A stretch of 44,463 nt of DNA. Source: a virus. Shown here one piece after another: positions 1 to 8,239 of this stretch (its first letter is position 1; each line of letters begins with the position of its first letter). The notes under the pieces were generated by a model. The model saw only the letters and a list, made by a program, of their open reading frames with translations. It made no database searches and had not been told where the DNA came from. A program made the translations under genes and the position numbers. The stretch is taken from IMG/VR virus record IMGVR_UViG_3300045988_106441. One strand, written 5' to 3'.

Positions 1-89
1 ATTTTTTTTGCGATACTATAAAGGTTTACTCTCTCGCTCGCCTTCGTCCCATGCAAGCTCATCCAAGCTGACGTGGTAATGATTCGCTA
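1..89. repeat. Terminal direct repeat, identical to 44375..44463 (circular-closure overlap)
   Basis: The first 89 nt (attttttttgcgatactataaagg...gattcgcta) recur exactly as the last 89 nt. Unit length is 44,374 bp. Confidence 0.95.
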
Positions 90-246
90 TCAGCTTCAAT
101 TGGCTGAGAGCCGGTTCGTTCTCTCCGGTTTCGTACTTCCGCAGCGTATCATGCCCGATCCCAATCAGCTCCGCTTTCACTCTCATGCTTTTAGCAGGCC
201 GCTCAGATTCCCTTAACTTGCGCAGCCGTTCCGGGAATGTACTCAC
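16..246 (-). CDS. XRE-family helix-turn-helix protein
   Basis: 76-aa ORF with an HTH_XRE-like pattern (AELIGIGHDTLRKYETGENEPALSQLKLIANHYHVSLDEL). Last gene of the minus-strand early operon. Confidence 0.8.
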   Translation of the reverse strand: MSTFPERLRKLRESERPAKSMRVKAELIGIGHDTLRKYETGENEPALSQLKLIANHYHVSLDELAWDEGERESKPL

Positions 247-449
247 ATAACCACCTCACATAGCCGGAAATTCTCTACCACGGGTCCGCCCGCCGTTTCC
301 GTGCGCGCACTGACAAACCGGCCCTTTGGGTAGATGTAAATTACCTCTCCGCGCCGGAACGGATACAACTGCTCATACGTCGGGTGCTGCCGTTCCATCT
401 GGGAAGGTATGGACTTGAATCTGGCCCGAACCACCTGTCCAAGTTTCAT
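243..449 (-). CDS. Hypothetical protein (68 aa)
   Basis: Start moved to the internal ATG (MKLGQVV...), which is preceded by GGAGGAAT. Overlaps its neighbours by 4 nt. No domain recognised. Confidence 0.6.
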   Translation of the reverse strand: MKLGQVVRARFKSIPSQMERQHPTYEQLYPFRRGEVIYIYPKGRFVSARTETAGGPVVENFRLCEVVM

Positions 450-637
450 GATTCCTCCATTTCCAGCAACTTTACCAAGTCCCAGAACTTCCGCACATCC
501 AGCCCGGTTTCCGTCTTGATCTTGCCCAGCCGATAGATCACACTGTTGTGGTGGATGTCCATCTCCTTTGCTGTTTTCACGCAATTCATGTCATTCTTCG
601 CATAGATGCGCAGGAGCGATATATCTTCCTTCTGCAT
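446..637 (-). CDS. Small HTH protein (PucR-C/Fis-like HTH)
   Basis: 63 aa from the internal ATG (MQKEDISLL...). TAKEMDIHHNSVIYRLGKI resembles a PucR C-terminal HTH. Confidence 0.55.
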   Translation of the reverse strand: MQKEDISLLRIYAKNDMNCVKTAKEMDIHHNSVIYRLGKIKTETGLDVRKFWDLVKLLEMEES

Positions 638-639
638 AG

Positions 640-978
640 TTACCTCCCATAACGGATCTTTTTCAGCCCGGGGTATCTGGCCGAGAAGGGGATCAGCTCC
701 ACCTTTCCGTTGATGATCTGTTTCAGCACCCGGTCCATGTGTTCCTGACGCACGTCCGCCGCCGGGTCCTTGCAGTTTAAGGCAGGTCTGTATTCTCGCT
801 GGGTCTCCATCCACTCATGCGTGACACGCATGATGCGATCATAGCCCCAGCCTTCCTGCTGGTGCATGGTCATCTGCAAAGTGTCCACGGCAAACTGCGC
901 TGCCATCGCAGCACCGGCCCAAAAGACCGCATCCAGCTCCGCGTCCCGCCGCTGTAAGTAAGCGGATTGTTTAGCCAT
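640..978 (-). CDS. Hypothetical protein
   Basis: ORF trimmed to MAKQSAYLQ..., preceded by AAGGATGG. Packed tightly in the operon. Confidence 0.6.
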   Translation of the reverse strand: MAKQSAYLQRRDAELDAVFWAGAAMAAQFAVDTLQMTMHQQEGWGYDRIMRVTHEWMETQREYRPALNCKDPAADVRQEHMDRVLKQIINGKVELIPFSARYPGLKKIRYGR

Positions 979-1252
979 CCCCGCCATCCTTTCTCTCGCC
1001 GTAGGAGCAGAAATCGTTGCTGCCAACATTGCGTCTATTGCTTGGTGCGTGCATATTGTGACAGGTCAGCGTACCCTGCTTCCCATACCGCTGGGTAAGC
1101 TCTGACGGCAATGTGCTGTGCGCGCAGTCCTTGCACCGCGTCACGACCACGGCATCCACGGTGGGGGCGTATCGGATTTCTTCTTTTGCTAAAATATCTG
1201 CGTCGGAAATTCCGAACTGTTCTTCCAATAACTCCGCATCAATCAGCCTCAT
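971..1252 (-). CDS. Hypothetical phage protein
   Basis: Start MRLIDAELLEEQ follows GGAGGTG. Ends with a Cys-containing C-terminus (RCKDCAH...CSYGERK). Confidence 0.6.
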   Translation of the reverse strand: MRLIDAELLEEQFGISDADILAKEEIRYAPTVDAVVVTRCKDCAHSTLPSELTQRYGKQGTLTCHNMHAPSNRRNVGSNDFCSYGERKDGGDG

Positions 1253-1553
1253 GGTCAGCACCTCCGTCCATCTTGGCCCCGCAGTTTGGGCAGAAATTGA
1301 AAGTGTTTGTATCGTTGTCGCAGTAGTTCCACTGTCTCTTGCACACAGAGCATTCCATTTCGTCAAGGTGTTCCACCCACAGCCCATGCACCACCGGCGC
1401 AACGTCAGCGGCTGGGAAGCGGGCGATCATCGCTACAAAATGTGCGTGCTCACAGTCATGTGCAATATGAGCCATACCACGTGGATGAGGGTTGTCGTGC
1501 TGGCTTTCCAGCACCGCTTGACGCAGCGCATCACGGTCGATGTATTCATTCAT
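1239..1553 (-). CDS. Hypothetical phage protein with C-terminal zinc ribbon
   Basis: Start MNEYIDRDAL. C-terminus reads CSVCKRQW...FCPNCGAKM. Confidence 0.65.
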   Translation of the reverse strand: MNEYIDRDALRQAVLESQHDNPHPRGMAHIAHDCEHAHFVAMIARFPAADVAPVVHGLWVEHLDEMECSVCKRQWNYCDNDTNTFNFCPNCGAKMDGGADHEAD

Positions 1554-1833
1554 CGTTCTTAATCCTTTCCGGCAGCCGCCGGACCTTGTGTGCCCGCTGC
1601 TCCGCCACCGCGTCCTCGACCTCAAACTCGATCGCCATCTGGTCGAGCATAATCCCAACGTCGGCGATCTCTTCGGCGATGTTGGCGAGCGTGTCGCCGT
1701 CCACGCGCCCGCGCGGGAATTTGCACAGCACGTCCTGCAGCTCGACCATCTCCTCAAAGACCATCGTGATCTGCGCCTGCGCGCCGTAGCGACTGAGCGC
1801 CGCGCAGAATGTTTTGCGTTCCATGTTAGTCAT
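1546..1833 (-). CDS. MazG-like nucleotide pyrophosphohydrolase
   Basis: MTNMERK... start follows AAAGGAGGCAGC. YGAQAQITMVFEEMVELQD...AEEIADVGIMLDQM is a typical MazG-like EExxE/D pattern. Confidence 0.7.
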   Translation of the reverse strand: MTNMERKTFCAALSRYGAQAQITMVFEEMVELQDVLCKFPRGRVDGDTLANIAEEIADVGIMLDQMAIEFEVEDAVAEQRAHKVRRLPERIKNDE

Positions 1834-1978
1834 TAGCTGCCTCCTTTGCATCCTCTTCAAGCTGCTTTTGATAAAGCCTTTGCAGCTCGTCGTCTGCAAA
1901 TCCCATCTTTTTCAGATCCAACGCCGCCTGAAAGTTTTCCACAAGGTGCGGGTCATCTAATCTGAGCTCAAGCATCAT
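1826..1978 (-). CDS. Small ORF (50 aa), below the ORF-track cutoff
   Basis: Hand translation gives MMLELRLDDPHLVENFQAALDLKKMGFADDELQRLYQKQLEEDAKEAAND. It fills the gap between the HNH and MazG-like genes and overlaps both ends. Confidence 0.35.
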   Translation of the reverse strand: MMLELRLDDPHLVENFQAALDLKKMGFADDELQRLYQKQLEEDAKEAAND

Positions 1979-2330
1979 TCATCGCCTCCTGTTGCTCAAA
2001 ATAGAACTTGACAGGGTGTGCTTGCTCTGCAATCTCACCGTACACAATTCCGACCTTGTAGATATAATTCTCGTGGAGTTTGCGAGGAATCTCCTCGATG
2101 TACCGCCTAAAAGTTTTAAGCGAATTTGCACGCTTGTAGTGGTTGCACATACGGCAGGCGGGCATAAGGTTGTCAAGGTCATCTGCTCCAGTGTCCTCAA
2201 TCCCCCACGCCCTCAATGGTTGAAAATGGTCTACCTGCATATCCTTGTAAGCGATTTCGCGCCCACAATACGCACAATGGCCGTCATACTTTCGATAGAC
2301 CGCTTCACGCTTTGATTTGCTAATTGCCAT
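1968..2330 (-). CDS. HNH endonuclease
   Basis: CAYCGREI...VDHFQPL...DNLMPACRMCNHYK is an HNH/zinc-finger signature. Confidence 0.85.
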   Translation of the reverse strand: MAISKSKREAVYRKYDGHCAYCGREIAYKDMQVDHFQPLRAWGIEDTGADDLDNLMPACRMCNHYKRANSLKTFRRYIEEIPRKLHENYIYKVGIVYGEIAEQAHPVKFYFEQQEAMNDA

Positions 2331-2832
2331 CCTTCATCGCCTCCACATAGCACCAGCTCTGGGGCGGGCGCTTGATTGTCACCGGCTCCGAGCCAAATTT
2401 CGTTTCACGCAGCCGAGTAAACTCGTCCAACCCCTTTGGCTGGTTATAGATCAGCAGGTCGGAGATATGCCAGCCGTAAATATAGCGTTTTCCCTCTTCG
2501 GAATATTTGAAATAGATATCTTCGCGGCGAACACAGGATTGCTGTTCGGCAATGTCTGCATTTGCCATCTCACATCGTTGTAGGATGTAGTCGCACACAA
2601 ACTCGCCGATAACCTTGCCGTTGCATCTGCCGGCCGTATTGGTCCGGACGGTATCCCTGTCCAGATTTCCACCCTTTACGGAGATATACGGATGACCACT
2701 TGTGCAGTAGATATAGCACTTAAACGGTACCTCCAGTTTCGGCACGGACTTGCGCAATTCCATAGTTTTTCTGCCAATGATGATTTTCGCGCACCACTTG
2801 GGGCGGATGCTGATAAGTACGGCTTTACTCAT
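2320..2832 (-). CDS. ASCH (PUA-like) domain protein
   Basis: The N-terminus AVLISIRPKWCAKIIIGRKTMELRK is typical of ASCH domains. Confidence 0.65.
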   Translation of the reverse strand: MSKAVLISIRPKWCAKIIIGRKTMELRKSVPKLEVPFKCYIYCTSGHPYISVKGGNLDRDTVRTNTAGRCNGKVIGEFVCDYILQRCEMANADIAEQQSCVRREDIYFKYSEEGKRYIYGWHISDLLIYNQPKGLDEFTRLRETKFGSEPVTIKRPPQSWCYVEAMKDGN

Positions 2833-3328
2833 CCTTCATCGCCTCCAATGCTTTCTCCGCCTCCTCGCGGGTGAGGAATACGGTCTTGCCAAAATCGGAA
2901 AACCGATAAAACCTTGGGGCCATTTGCGCGTATTGTACTGCAATGCACCATCCGTTAGTGTACGTTTCGATCCATTTTACCACCATCGGCAATATGGCCT
3001 TTTTCCCGTGGAATCCGTACACAACATCGCCCACCTTGCACGGCAGCACCACCAGCCGCCAGTCCTTGTCGGCCTCGGCCAGTTCCTCCAACCGGTCAAT
3101 ATCGCAGTCTCGGCACAGTTGGCGGAGCTGCTCTGCAGCTTCGTGATCCATGTCGATTTCTTCCGGCGTCCGCTCCGTATCTTCATAGTCGGCCAACTGT
3201 TCAACACACCTCTGCCTAAAAGCACTTTGGGCTATTCTGTCTGGGCCAGACCCATCCCCGAAGTAACAGCTTTTAGGGTAATTATAATCAGCCGCTCCAC
3301 TGGACAAACGCTTAGTTAATCGTTCCAT
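2825..3328 (-). CDS. Hypothetical protein (shares a repeated module with 3956..4438)
   Basis: Start MERLTKRL follows GGAGGAAATG. Contains YEDTERTPEEIDMDHEAAEQLRQLCRDCDIDRLEELAEADKDWRLVVLP. Confidence 0.65.
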   Translation of the reverse strand: MERLTKRLSSGAADYNYPKSCYFGDGSGPDRIAQSAFRQRCVEQLADYEDTERTPEEIDMDHEAAEQLRQLCRDCDIDRLEELAEADKDWRLVVLPCKVGDVVYGFHGKKAILPMVVKWIETYTNGWCIAVQYAQMAPRFYRFSDFGKTVFLTREEAEKALEAMKDE

Positions 3329-3354
3329 CACATTTCCTCCATTCTGGGCCTCGC

Positions 3355-3621
3355 TCACGGCTTGCCCTCCCACGGGGTCTCAAGCCATTTTTTAATTTCA
3401 TGCCAATCTGCTGGCATCGTCGAAACACCAGAGAGGCCTTTCGTAATGAAATCCATCCGGAAATTGAACAGCACCCCGGCCAGCTCGTTGTCCGTCATGC
3501 TCCGGATCCGGTCGGCAATGGTAACGGGCCACGTGCGATACGGGCACTTTTCGATTGCGGCGCAGTTTTCAACGTCATAACCGATTTGCATGGGGCAGTT
3601 TTCACCGGTGCATTTTTTCAT
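3355..3621 (-). CDS. Hypothetical protein
   Basis: Start MKKCTGENC follows GGAGGTAG. ATGA overlap with the upstream gene. Confidence 0.6.
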   Translation of the reverse strand: MKKCTGENCPMQIGYDVENCAAIEKCPYRTWPVTIADRIRSMTDNELAGVLFNFRMDFITKGLSGVSTMPADWHEIKKWLETPWEGKP

Positions 3622-3959
3622 AATTCTACCTCCGTAAGCCAGAACTCCTTTTTGCACTCATAGCAAGTTTGCTTGTTGCAGTTGATACCCATATCGCCGA
3701 ATATATCCATTGGGCAGGCATTAAGACAGCCAGAATCAATTTGTGCGTCAGGGTAATGCTTCAGAAACTCGCTCTGGCGGGTTTTGACGGGGTGCTCCTT
3801 TGCCCACTTTTCGACGATGGCAACGGCCTCGTCCGGGTGGGTTTTTCTCCAGGCTGTGCAGGTTTCAAACACGCTAAGCCTTTTCCTGAACTCGCAGTTG
3901 AAGCACTCACAGTTGCACATTCTGCATAATGTTTTCAAAAACTTCACAGCATCCATCAT
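3618..3959 (-). CDS. Cys-rich hypothetical protein (paralog of 10419..10742)
   Basis: Shares MMDAV.FL, EHPVKTRQS.FL and C.EC+K.FWLTEVE with the ORF at 10419..10742. Confidence 0.65.
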   Translation of the reverse strand: MMDAVKFLKTLCRMCNCECFNCEFRKRLSVFETCTAWRKTHPDEAVAIVEKWAKEHPVKTRQSEFLKHYPDAQIDSGCLNACPMDIFGDMGINCNKQTCYECKKEFWLTEVEL

Positions 3960-4438
3960 TCCGCCTCCGGCCCTTCGGGCAGCACCACCAGCCGCCCGTC
4001 TCTGTCGGCCTCGGCCAGTTTCTCCAGCCGGTCAAGATCGCAGTCTCGGCACAGATGGCGGAGCTGCTCTGCGGCTTCGTGATCCATGTCGATTTCCTCC
4101 GGCTCAAGCCTCGTGTCCTCGTATTGCATGAGCCTGCCACGCAGTTCTGCGTATGACCATGCTGCGGTATAAAGCAGGGCAAGCAGGCCTGTCGGCTCAT
4201 CAGGACCGTCCAGCAAAAGTTCACCCATCGCATAGTCTACGCCATCATCATCCATTGGAAAGTCCAAGTCCAGCAGTAAAATCTTTGCGGCTTTGCGGAT
4301 AAAATCGTAGAGCCGGATGTCCGGGTAATCCGGGCCATCACCTCCGCCCCGCACCCACGTCTCGAAGTCTTTGATGTAAAACAGATTCAGGGCGGCATCA
4401 AGGTTGTTATCCGGGCAATTAGTTGTCAGTCTTTTCAT
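3956..4438 (-). CDS. Hypothetical protein (shares a repeated module with 2825..3328)
   Basis: 160-aa ORF. C-terminus reads YEDTRLEPEEIDMDHEAAEQLRHLCRDCDLDRLEKLAEADRDGRLVVLP. Confidence 0.7.
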   Translation of the reverse strand: MKRLTTNCPDNNLDAALNLFYIKDFETWVRGGGDGPDYPDIRLYDFIRKAAKILLLDLDFPMDDDGVDYAMGELLLDGPDEPTGLLALLYTAAWSYAELRGRLMQYEDTRLEPEEIDMDHEAAEQLRHLCRDCDLDRLEKLAEADRDGRLVVLPEGPEAE

Positions 4439-4816
4439 TTACCTTTCCTCCTTCGGCGGCTCCGGCAGCGGCATCCACGCCAAAGCACGAGCATTTGTTC
4501 CATTGGCAACTTCACCGCCCCAGATCCCGTTGTTTTGATATCCGAGTGCGTAATTTACAAACATTCCATTAAAGTCTCCATAGCGGAAATACTCACCCCA
4601 ACACAGCACTTTCCGAAAATTCTCCGGTAGCCGCTCCTCCACCGGGATCCAGTGGGGCACCTGCCCCCGCAGTTTCTCAATTTCTTTCGCCTGCGCTTCG
4701 ATCCGGTCAGCGGCCTCCGCCAGATCATCGCCCAGCGTGATCGGCGTTTCCCACTCATTTGCCTGCGCCCATTCTGCGTGCTCACGCAGAGCATTTACGA
4801 GGTTTGTATCTCTCAT
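4439..4816 (-). CDS. DUF551-like phage protein
   Basis: WIPVEERLPENFRKVLCWG...AWMPLPEPP resembles the DUF551 pattern. ATGA overlap with the MTase stop codon. Confidence 0.6.
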   Translation of the reverse strand: MRDTNLVNALREHAEWAQANEWETPITLGDDLAEAADRIEAQAKEIEKLRGQVPHWIPVEERLPENFRKVLCWGEYFRYGDFNGMFVNYALGYQNNGIWGGEVANGTNARALAWMPLPEPPKEER

Positions 4817-6457
4817 AATTCATCCTTTCCGTATGGGAACAAAAAGCGCCCCATGTCTCCTGGTTTCTCTACCGTGCCGAACCGCCGTTTGGTCACTGCG
4901 ATGGGAAACTCTTCAATCTCGCTGGCCCATAGGCACGTTCCGCGTCCGTTCAACTGCTCCCAGATCAGCGGGAAACCACCTATTCCATCGAACAAACTTG
5001 CCATAGTCGCGTCCCGCTCGTAGTTGCCGCACAGCCGTTTCAACAGCCATTTCCACGGCGGCAGGGCGATGGAGTTGCCCAGTGCCTTATACCGGGGGCT
5101 GTCCGCATCCTTGTGGCGCTTGCCCTTGCTGTCCATCCACTCGCCGATATCCGTCCAGCCGTCCGGGTAGCCCTGCAGCCGTTCGCGCTCCATCGGGGTA
5201 AGGCGTCGCACGATCATGCCCGTTCTCACGGTGTTCTGCAAATTGTAGCTGATTCCGCCGTTTGATTTTGCCTGCAAAGTCCCGTTTGTTTCGCCGCCTT
5301 CACGGAAGTTCCGGCAGTCAACGGCACACACAAGGTCTGTGCTGTCCTTAAAGTCCCGTTGCTTGCAACTGCTTGCAACTTCCCCCTCGCGGTAATCGCC
5401 GAATCCCTGCATTTGATATGTCAGCGGTATCTGGTTTCCCCCCGTCCCCATGCGTGCTTGCAAGCTTGGTGCGACCTCGCCGCAGTCTCGGATGACATCG
5501 CAAGCATGGCTCATATCCAGAATGGAGGGCTGGTGCCCATGCTCCTGTGCTCTCAGCGTCCCGGAAACATCATGGCTCACGCCCATCACATTCCCGCCTT
5601 GATCGTTCAGGCACAGCACCGCTGGTTTTTTCCCGCCGCACTCCGCATTCAGCGTAGGGGATTGCTCTTCGGCGTATCCGATGCTTCGCGCTTGCTCGCT
5701 GTTGCCGAGTTTAAACCCGGCGCATACAACCGGCTGATTGTTTCCGCTCATTCCTGCAGCGGCGGTCAAGGTTGGTGCTCTATCATCGCTTCGGACCTCG
5801 GCCCCGCCTTGCTGTGTTCCCATGCAGAAAATCGCCGGATTATTTACTCCCCCGCCAACGCCACCTTGTAGCGTCGGGGATTCTCCCTCTGTTCCAAAAA
5901 TCCGTTTGCTTTGGCAGTCCCATGCTGTTAAGCATTGCTCTGTTTTACCAGCACGGCTTTCAGCGTTTCCGGCAAGTCTTTCCCCCGCCGTTCCGCTCTC
6001 CGCAGGATGCCCTGACACGCTTTTGCGCTCAAAGAGTATTTCTCCTGCGGTGTCGCCTCCAAAATCTGCGACAACCGAGATACGACGGCGGCGTTGGGGG
6101 ACTCCCCAGTATTGCGCATCATGCACTCGCCAAGCCACGCTCCATCGTCCTCCCACTTCATCGTGGTAGCCCCCCCAGGTTGGCCAGCCTTTTTCAGGCA
6201 CTTCAATATCGGGGGCTTCCGGCTCTGCGATGCGGATGGCTTCTTCGAGGACGGCTGCGAAGTCTTTTCCGCCGTTGCTTGAGAAGGCTCCGGGGACATT
6301 TTCCCAGACCATATACCGAGGTCGCACAAACTCACCTGTTCGCCCGCTTGCCATGTCACGTTCTCTCATCTCCTTGATAATCCGTATTTGCTCCATATAC
6401 AGGCCGGAACGCGCCCCGGCAAGCCCTGCCCGTTTTCCGGCAATGGAAAGGTCCTGG
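4813..6457 (-). pseudogene. DNA (cytosine-5)-methyltransferase, distal fragment, cut off from its start by the insertion
   Basis: Contains ENVPGAF (motif VI), QYWGVPQRRRR (VIII), RRLTPMERERLQGYPDGW (IX), YKALGNSIALP (X), then MASLFDGIGGF (I) and WASEIEEF (II). The frame stays open upstream of ATG 6396 to 6457 (QDLSIAGKRAGLAGARSGLY). Confidence 0.85.
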
Positions 6458-6477
6458 TTATCCCGAATTCGGAATAA

Positions 6478-6565
6478 CCAGGATTATGCCGAGGAAATAG
6501 TTATTCCGAAGTCATTGCATAGAGTCTTGTAAAACAAGGATTCTCCGCAAAAACTTCGGAATAAC
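6478..6565. repeat. Left terminal inverted repeat of the RIT-like element
   Basis: ccaggattatgccgaggaaatagttattccgaagt (35 bp perfect), a divergent spacer, then aaaaacttcggaataac (17 bp perfect), compared with the reverse complement of 10254..10342. Confidence 0.85.
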
Positions 6566-6589
6566 AAAGCGGGCCTCATTTTATATAAT
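6561..6589 (+). promoter_or_regulatory. Candidate promoter for the recombinase trio
   Basis: ATAACA, 17 nt, TATAAT. The -35 overlaps the 13-bp motif copy at 6553-6565. RBS AAGGAGG precedes ATG 6638. Confidence 0.3.
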
Positions 6590-6637
6590 GTGGATATGCA
6601 GACAACCGTCTGACACCACAAAATATAAGGAGGGCCT

Positions 6638-8239
6638 ATGGAACTGATTGAATTAGACGCAACTGCACAGCGTGCCCTGGAGTTGTTAATCAATGCGGGG
6701 ATGAGTGATGGAAGCATATACGACTATACTCATACAGGTTTTGGCAGCATACTTCGACATTTTCACACAAAAGGCATACTATATGCGACAGGAGAAATGC
6801 TTGACACGTTTTTGCTGGAACAACGCACACTTTTAAACCAGGGAGAGATTTCACTGTGGAAATGGAGACTTGTTCGCAGGAGTTGTGAGCTTCTGAAACA
6901 ATGTTCAGCGACGGATTCTATTGATTTACCTGATCTTCGCCCATGGGACCCTGTATGGGATCGTCCCAAGCAGGTCATTCACCGTGACACTCCAACGGAA
7001 AAACAGTTTGCAGACTCTGAAAATATCTATGTGCTTGTCTGGATGGTCAATAAACGAATGGAACAGATGGGCCTTTCGGAAAGTACGATCCGACATTACA
7101 CGGAAGAGGGCTTGGCCGTCATCTTAAAAAAGCATTATGATTCTGGCACAGAAAATTACTCAGACAAACTTATGTCCCAGCTTATAGAGGAACGAAGACT
7201 GCAATACGAGCAAGGGGAGGTTGGCAGAACTACTTATCAGAATTTGCGTAAAGCGGCGGCGATGCTCCAGGAGTTCCGCCTGACAGGGAAAATCACGCCG
7301 GAAAGGATTCCTAATTGGGGACGGCGCGAAGTTATTCCTCAGCACAAAGCGATTCTGGATAAATTCAGTGCGCATGTCACAACGCAGAGCAACTGGGCTG
7401 AAAGTTCCGTCAGCACAGTTACAAGTGTAGCCCATGTATTTTTGCTTGAATTAGAGGATCATGGAGTAGCCTCTGTTGAAACTGTTGCAAGGATGGATAT
7501 TGTCGCATGCGTTACAAGAATGCTTGGACGATACACTGGTGGAATGAGATCTGCTCTTTTTGGCATTCGGACCTTTCTGCGATTTTTATATGAGGCCGAG
7601 ATCACTGCGGATAATTTTTGCAAAACACTCCCGGAATTTGTTTGCCCTCGGAAGAACTTTCGTGAAGGTTTTTCCGATGATGAATTGGAACGTCTACTTT
7701 CTCAGCCAGATACCACATCTGCGGTCGGGAAAAGAGACTACGCTATGATGGTTTTGGCTGCGCAAAGCGGCTTGCGGTCTTGCGACATCATACGGCTCAC
7801 ATTTGACAGTATCAATTGGAGAACGAGGGAAATTCGTGTTGTTCAGCACAAAACAGGACAACCAATCGTAATTCCTCTTGAACCGGAAGCAGGTAACGCT
7901 ATAGCAGATTACTTGCTAAATGGGCGCCCCAAAAGTTCACTACCGCAAATTTTCCTCTGTCACGTCGGTGCTGTCCGTGCTTTGAAAAGTCGAACCGGAA
8001 GTGCAATTGTCTCCAAATACATGAAGGGCGCAGGAATTCATTCCGGGTATCGCGGATTCCACAGTTTCCGGCGCACCTTTGCTACAAGTTTGCTTCAGAG
8101 CAAAGTGTCAATCGAGTTGATTCAACAGATGTTAGGACAGACTCATATTGATTCTGCAAAGCCATACCTGTCCATTGATGAACAGGGGTTAAAGCAGTGT
8201 GCGTTGCCCTTGATCTCCCATGGAAAGGCAGGGAACTGA
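6638..8239 (+). CDS. Tyrosine recombinase 1 of the trio (RitA-like, long N-terminal extension)
   Basis: 533 aa. GLRSCD...HSFRRTFATSLL...LGQTHIDSAKPYL gives an R..HxxR..Y pattern. RBS AAGGAGG. Confidence 0.9.
   Translation: MELIELDATAQRALELLINAGMSDGSIYDYTHTGFGSILRHFHTKGILYATGEMLDTFLLEQRTLLNQGEISLWKWRLVRRSCELLKQCSATDSIDLPDLRPWDPVWDRPKQVIHRDTPTEKQFADSENIYVLVWMVNKRMEQMGLSESTIRHYTEEGLAVILKKHYDSGTENYSDKLMSQLIEERRLQYEQGEVGRTTYQNLRKAAAMLQEFRLTGKITPERIPNWGRREVIPQHKAILDKFSAHVTTQSNWAESSVSTVTSVAHVFLLELEDHGVASVETVARMDIVACVTRMLGRYTGGMRSALFGIRTFLRFLYEAEITADNFCKTLPEFVCPRKNFREGFSDDELERLLSQPDTTSAVGKRDYAMMVLAAQSGLRSCDIIRLTFDSINWRTREIRVVQHKTGQPIVIPLEPEAGNAIADYLLNGRPKSSLPQIFLCHVGAVRALKSRTGSAIVSKYMKGAGIHSGYRGFHSFRRTFATSLLQSKVSIELIQQMLGQTHIDSAKPYLSIDEQGLKQCALPLISHGKAGN

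Noticed and set aside
27-45. Similarity of tactctctcgct near the circle junction to the aatactctctctcgct arm of the ori-like hairpin
   Set aside because: The match is short and low-complexity (CT repeat). The copy at 27-45 lies inside the HTH coding sequence (..GERESK..), so this is most likely coincidence.
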